Part shown: positions 62,921 to 64,000 of the stretch, in pieces | Layout: each line of letters opens with the position of its first letter | Numbering within the stretch: the stretch's first letter is position 1 | Source: Hypanus sabinus | Lineage: Eukaryota | Assembly: GCF_030144855.1 (NCBI RefSeq) | Contig: NW_026781544.1 | Coordinates: forward strand, 1-64,000 | Direction: 5' to 3' | Length of the DNA: 64,000 nt | Program-made: the position numbers and the translations under genes | Notes under the pieces: generated by a model | The model's input: the letters and a program-made list of their open reading frames with translations, nothing else | What the model was told of the DNA's origin: nothing | The model's database searches: none

Positions 62921-63522
62921 CGAACAGCGCCTCCGAAAAGATGGCCTGAGACCTAAATTATGAGGTATTCCAGGTCTGGAATGCAAATTCCTTTGGAATA
63001 TTCGAAGCTGGAAGGCACGTATCCACGGGAAGCAGGATTAAAGTAGATGGCGAATGAATCCTACGGAAGCGAGGGAGCCTGGACCACCTCAAATCTGTGG
63101 ATAACATGATGGCAGTTGGATTCCGCTATGCTGTAAGGCGACGGAGAAGGCGGGTACTTCCCGGCATGGAAGCGATGCCACGTTCAAGAAACAATAAATA
63201 AATAAATTGGATAATAATTGCCGTGCGTGTTGGGGTCCCGAGAACCTAGGTGCCAATTTATTTTAAACGTTTTCCTTGCGATATTTGCCACCGCGCTCCG
63301 AATCATCTAAACGCGTCCGCTTTGCATGTTTACACCTCGGCTCTTGCCGTCAGCTTCTCAACAGCGGAAGCCATTCAAAGGAGGTACACCGCTACGGAAG
63401 TGACGTGTTGTCACTCAGCCAGCGGGAAGACCTTTATCAGGCCGCGCAGAGAGACGTCACTGACATCAGATACCGAGCTTCATTCGGTTCCACACAGCGG
63501 AACTACCCTCATCCTGTAAACG

Positions 63523-63826
63523 ATGGTGCGGGGGTCAATTTGCCTCCCGCTGATTCTGGTAGCGATCCCGCGTAAGTTAAAATCACAGTTCTGGGGTTAC
63601 GGGGGCACGGAACGCCCTTTGTATTGCAGTATCGGTTAGATTTCCTCGTCTGATCACTGTAACCCGTTAACGCGCTTTTCGGTGATGGGCTGCCGAATAG
63701 AGCATTTAAACGGCGTCTGCTTCAGCTTTGAAGGGGATATCAAGCGATCTTTCCGAGGGTATGTGGGACCCTGCGACGAATTGAACGCGGACCAAACGCG
63801 ACTGTGCGTATATTCTGCAGGGGATT
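63523..63826 (+). pseudogene. TRBV: V15: interrupted TRBV of the CACSS family (leader 63523-63571; only 6 nt of V exon, 63821-63826)
   Basis: Leader MVRGSICLPLILVAIP + C|GTAAG resembles V10-V12 leaders; ctgcag|GGATTC matches the family exon start, then unrelated sequence runs to the window end. Confidence 0.75.
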
Positions 63827-64000
63827 CAACGGCAGTTCTTCACTCCGTTTCAATGGCTCTCGTTGTGTCTGAATCAGAGTGAGTCGGAGTCGGAGCTGTC
63901 TCGCCTGTTGCGTGTCTATTCAGCCCGTCGATTCTCCCCGCCAGTGGAATCTGGTCGTGCCACGAGGATGGCCAATCGTGTCAATGGAAAAGTGAGCAGG

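Noticed and set aside
1-64000. D, J, C segments, trypsinogen genes, tRNA/rRNA genes, CRISPR arrays
   Set aside because: None found by eye; tRNA-like pieces belong to SINE heads, and ORFs containing X runs are artefacts of the N-gaps.

Overview
Vertebrate genomic DNA, most likely a cartilaginous fish (shark or ray), inferred from elasmobranch-type CR1 LINEs and V-SINE-like repeats plus the V-region sequences. The window is part of a T-cell receptor beta variable-gene (TRBV) cluster. I find 15 V loci, numbered V1-V15 left to right. Each has a leader exon, a phase-1 GT-AG intron, a 283-299 nt V exon and a 23-bp-spacer RSS, except V15, which breaks off 6 nt into its V exon. Eight are intact (V1, V2, V3, V4, V8, V10, V13, V14). 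Two are open but lack the Tyr of the YxC motif (V5, V12). Five are pseudogenes or truncated (V6, V7, V9, V11, V15). They form four families by their C-terminal motif: CAWS (8), CACSS/CTCSS (4), CAAS (2) and CASD (1). Twelve are on + and three on -, and part of the left half is mirrored as an inverted duplication in the right half. No D, J or C segment and no trypsinogen gene was found. Intergenic DNA is mostly decayed LINEs and SINEs, one defective hAT transposon nested in a CR1, microsatellites and eight N-gaps (10642-10801, 13446-13647, 14438-14610, 49881-50041, 53749-54019, 54359-54491, 55853-56009, 59390-59743). The most interesting signals are CTCF-like motifs about 40 nt behind V RSSs, CRE motifs in V promoters and inside RSS spacers, a V family with a CX5C cysteine pair around CDR2, and germline Cys at the start of CDR3. 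I see no evidence for a wholly new system beyond this. Repeat boundaries are approximate (by eye), and comparisons to mammalian or teleost genes are from memory, not database searches.
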